Shown: piece by piece, positions 62,641 to 64,000 of the stretch
How the letters are laid out: each line of letters starts with the position of its first letter
How positions within the stretch are numbered: position 1 is the stretch's first letter
Assembly: GCF_009834535.1 (NCBI RefSeq)
Contig: NC_045696.1
Coordinates: 13,642,001-13,706,000, forward strand
Reading direction: 5' to 3'
From: Camelus ferus
Taxonomy: Eukaryota
Length of the DNA: 64,000 nt
Notes under the pieces: model-generated
Seen by the model: only the letters and a program-made list of their open reading frames with translations
The model's database searches: none
Told to the model about the DNA's origin: nothing
Translations under genes and position numbers: made by a program

Positions 62641-64000
62641 CTAAATTGTATATGTTAAATTGTTCCCTAAACATGAGGCATATTTTCCTTTAAAGCTTAG
62701 AGACGTAGTCGTGACCACAGCCACCTGTTACTTTTCCCCCTCAGAAGGCTCGATGTCAGAGCAAGTCCGTTATTCTTTGTGCTCATCATCATCGGCTTGA
62801 ATTTTCCTTGTCTGCATTGGGAAGCGTGGCATTTCACCCTTCTGAGCTCCCATCTTCACTGGTCTGTTTCATATCTAGGAATTTGGGGGGGTATTTCTCT
62901 TGAAAAGGGCAAAAGCAATTCATGCTTTTGAGAAGATAATGTTTTATCTTTTTGTCTCAGCTAAAGCTGTCATCTCTATTTTCTCTGCACATCCTGAGTG
63001 AATAATAGACTAAATTGTATCTGCAGGTCTTTCTGAAATGAATTAAAATTTTTGGTTTAATTAGTTTTCCTTGTTATACTGCTTGACATTAGCTATAATT
63101 AATGTGTTAAACTGAATGTTGCATGCAGAGTTTCTTGATAAACACAACCTTGGAATTCATCCTTTTTTCTTTTCCTCTAGGACAGAAGGCTTTGTTAGTT
63201 ACTTAATGTTGGTGCTTTTCATCATGTGATGTTAATTCTCTCCCTGTATGACATTTTTCTGTTCTGTCAATTTCTTACATGAGGTACAATATGACATTTA
63301 AATAGTAAAACATTCACTCAAATATTTATTAATTTTACTGTTAAAATGGATTTCCTTCAATGAGTTACTTATTTCATTGCTTGATGGAAACCACAAATGG
63401 ATTGATGAGATGTTTTGACATTGTATTGACAGAGGCTTTGGAGTTAATTTCTCCTTTACTGTTCTCACAAACTAAACTGAGAAAAGTGTGCTTCAATTTC
63501 TGTGTTAAAAAATCTTCATGCTTACCAAGTTGTTGACATCTTTATTATTCTTCAATTTACACTACGCTCTTCCTATATATTTAAGTGAGTTCATTTTAAC
63601 ACTACTACTAAAATCTTCCTTTTCAACAAGTCCCTCTTCCATCAGTTCAAGTGCAGATGAATTACTTACAAGGCCTAAGGTGCTGAGACAGAAAGCTATA
63701 GCCATCTGAGTTTAGAAATCAGGAGAATTAGATTTAGAAAGTTACTGAACAGCATGCCTTCTCATGAGAACCCAAGGGCTAAGAAGAACAACGGATCACT
63801 GTGCTCGAGTAATCCATGTATGTAGCATATCTCTGGCTTTGGAATGCCTCTCTCTCTCTCTTTTTTTTTCTCTCTGATACCTAGAAAGTTGTAGTTTCTC
63901 CATTCCACCACGTACAGCAGGCCAAAGACTCATTTTTATTACCTAGCCCACTGTTGCACAAATGAAATTGACATCACTCACTCTCTATGTGTTACTTCCA

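Noticed and set aside
1..64000. CRISPR arrays, operons, rRNA/tRNA genes, CpG island promoter
   Set aside because: None seen. The tRNA-like boxes belong to SINEs, and the sequence is eukaryotic and CpG-depleted throughout.

Overview
This is AT-rich, CpG-depleted mammalian non-coding DNA (intronic or intergenic), not a prokaryotic region. A tRNA-derived SINE at 61578-61710 and young L1 3' tails resemble camelid (camel/alpaca) elements, and I recognised no Alu, Bov-A/BovB, PRE or CAN SINEs. No protein-coding gene can be supported; the listed ORFs are chance ORFs or transposon debris. The window is a patchwork of eutherian repeats: MIR, L2, L3/CR1, L1M, MLT1/MaLR, ERV1/ERVL solo LTRs, hAT-Charlie elements, MER53 and microsatellites. 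All family names were assigned by eye from remembered consensus sequences, so subfamilies and boundaries are approximate. The most interesting signals are (i) a heavily decayed Ty3/Gypsy internal remnant at about 40.4-42.2 kb with colinear gag, RNase H and integrase motifs, (ii) a 33-nt frame-preserving microexon candidate at 29140-29172 downstream of a (TG)20 tract, (iii) a 39-bp micro-L1 insertion with a perfect 15-bp target-site duplication (TSD), (iv) a MER41-like solo LTR, (v) a MER53 copy with a 5-bp flanking direct repeat, and (vi) two perfect hairpins. I see no convincing evidence of a new biological system.
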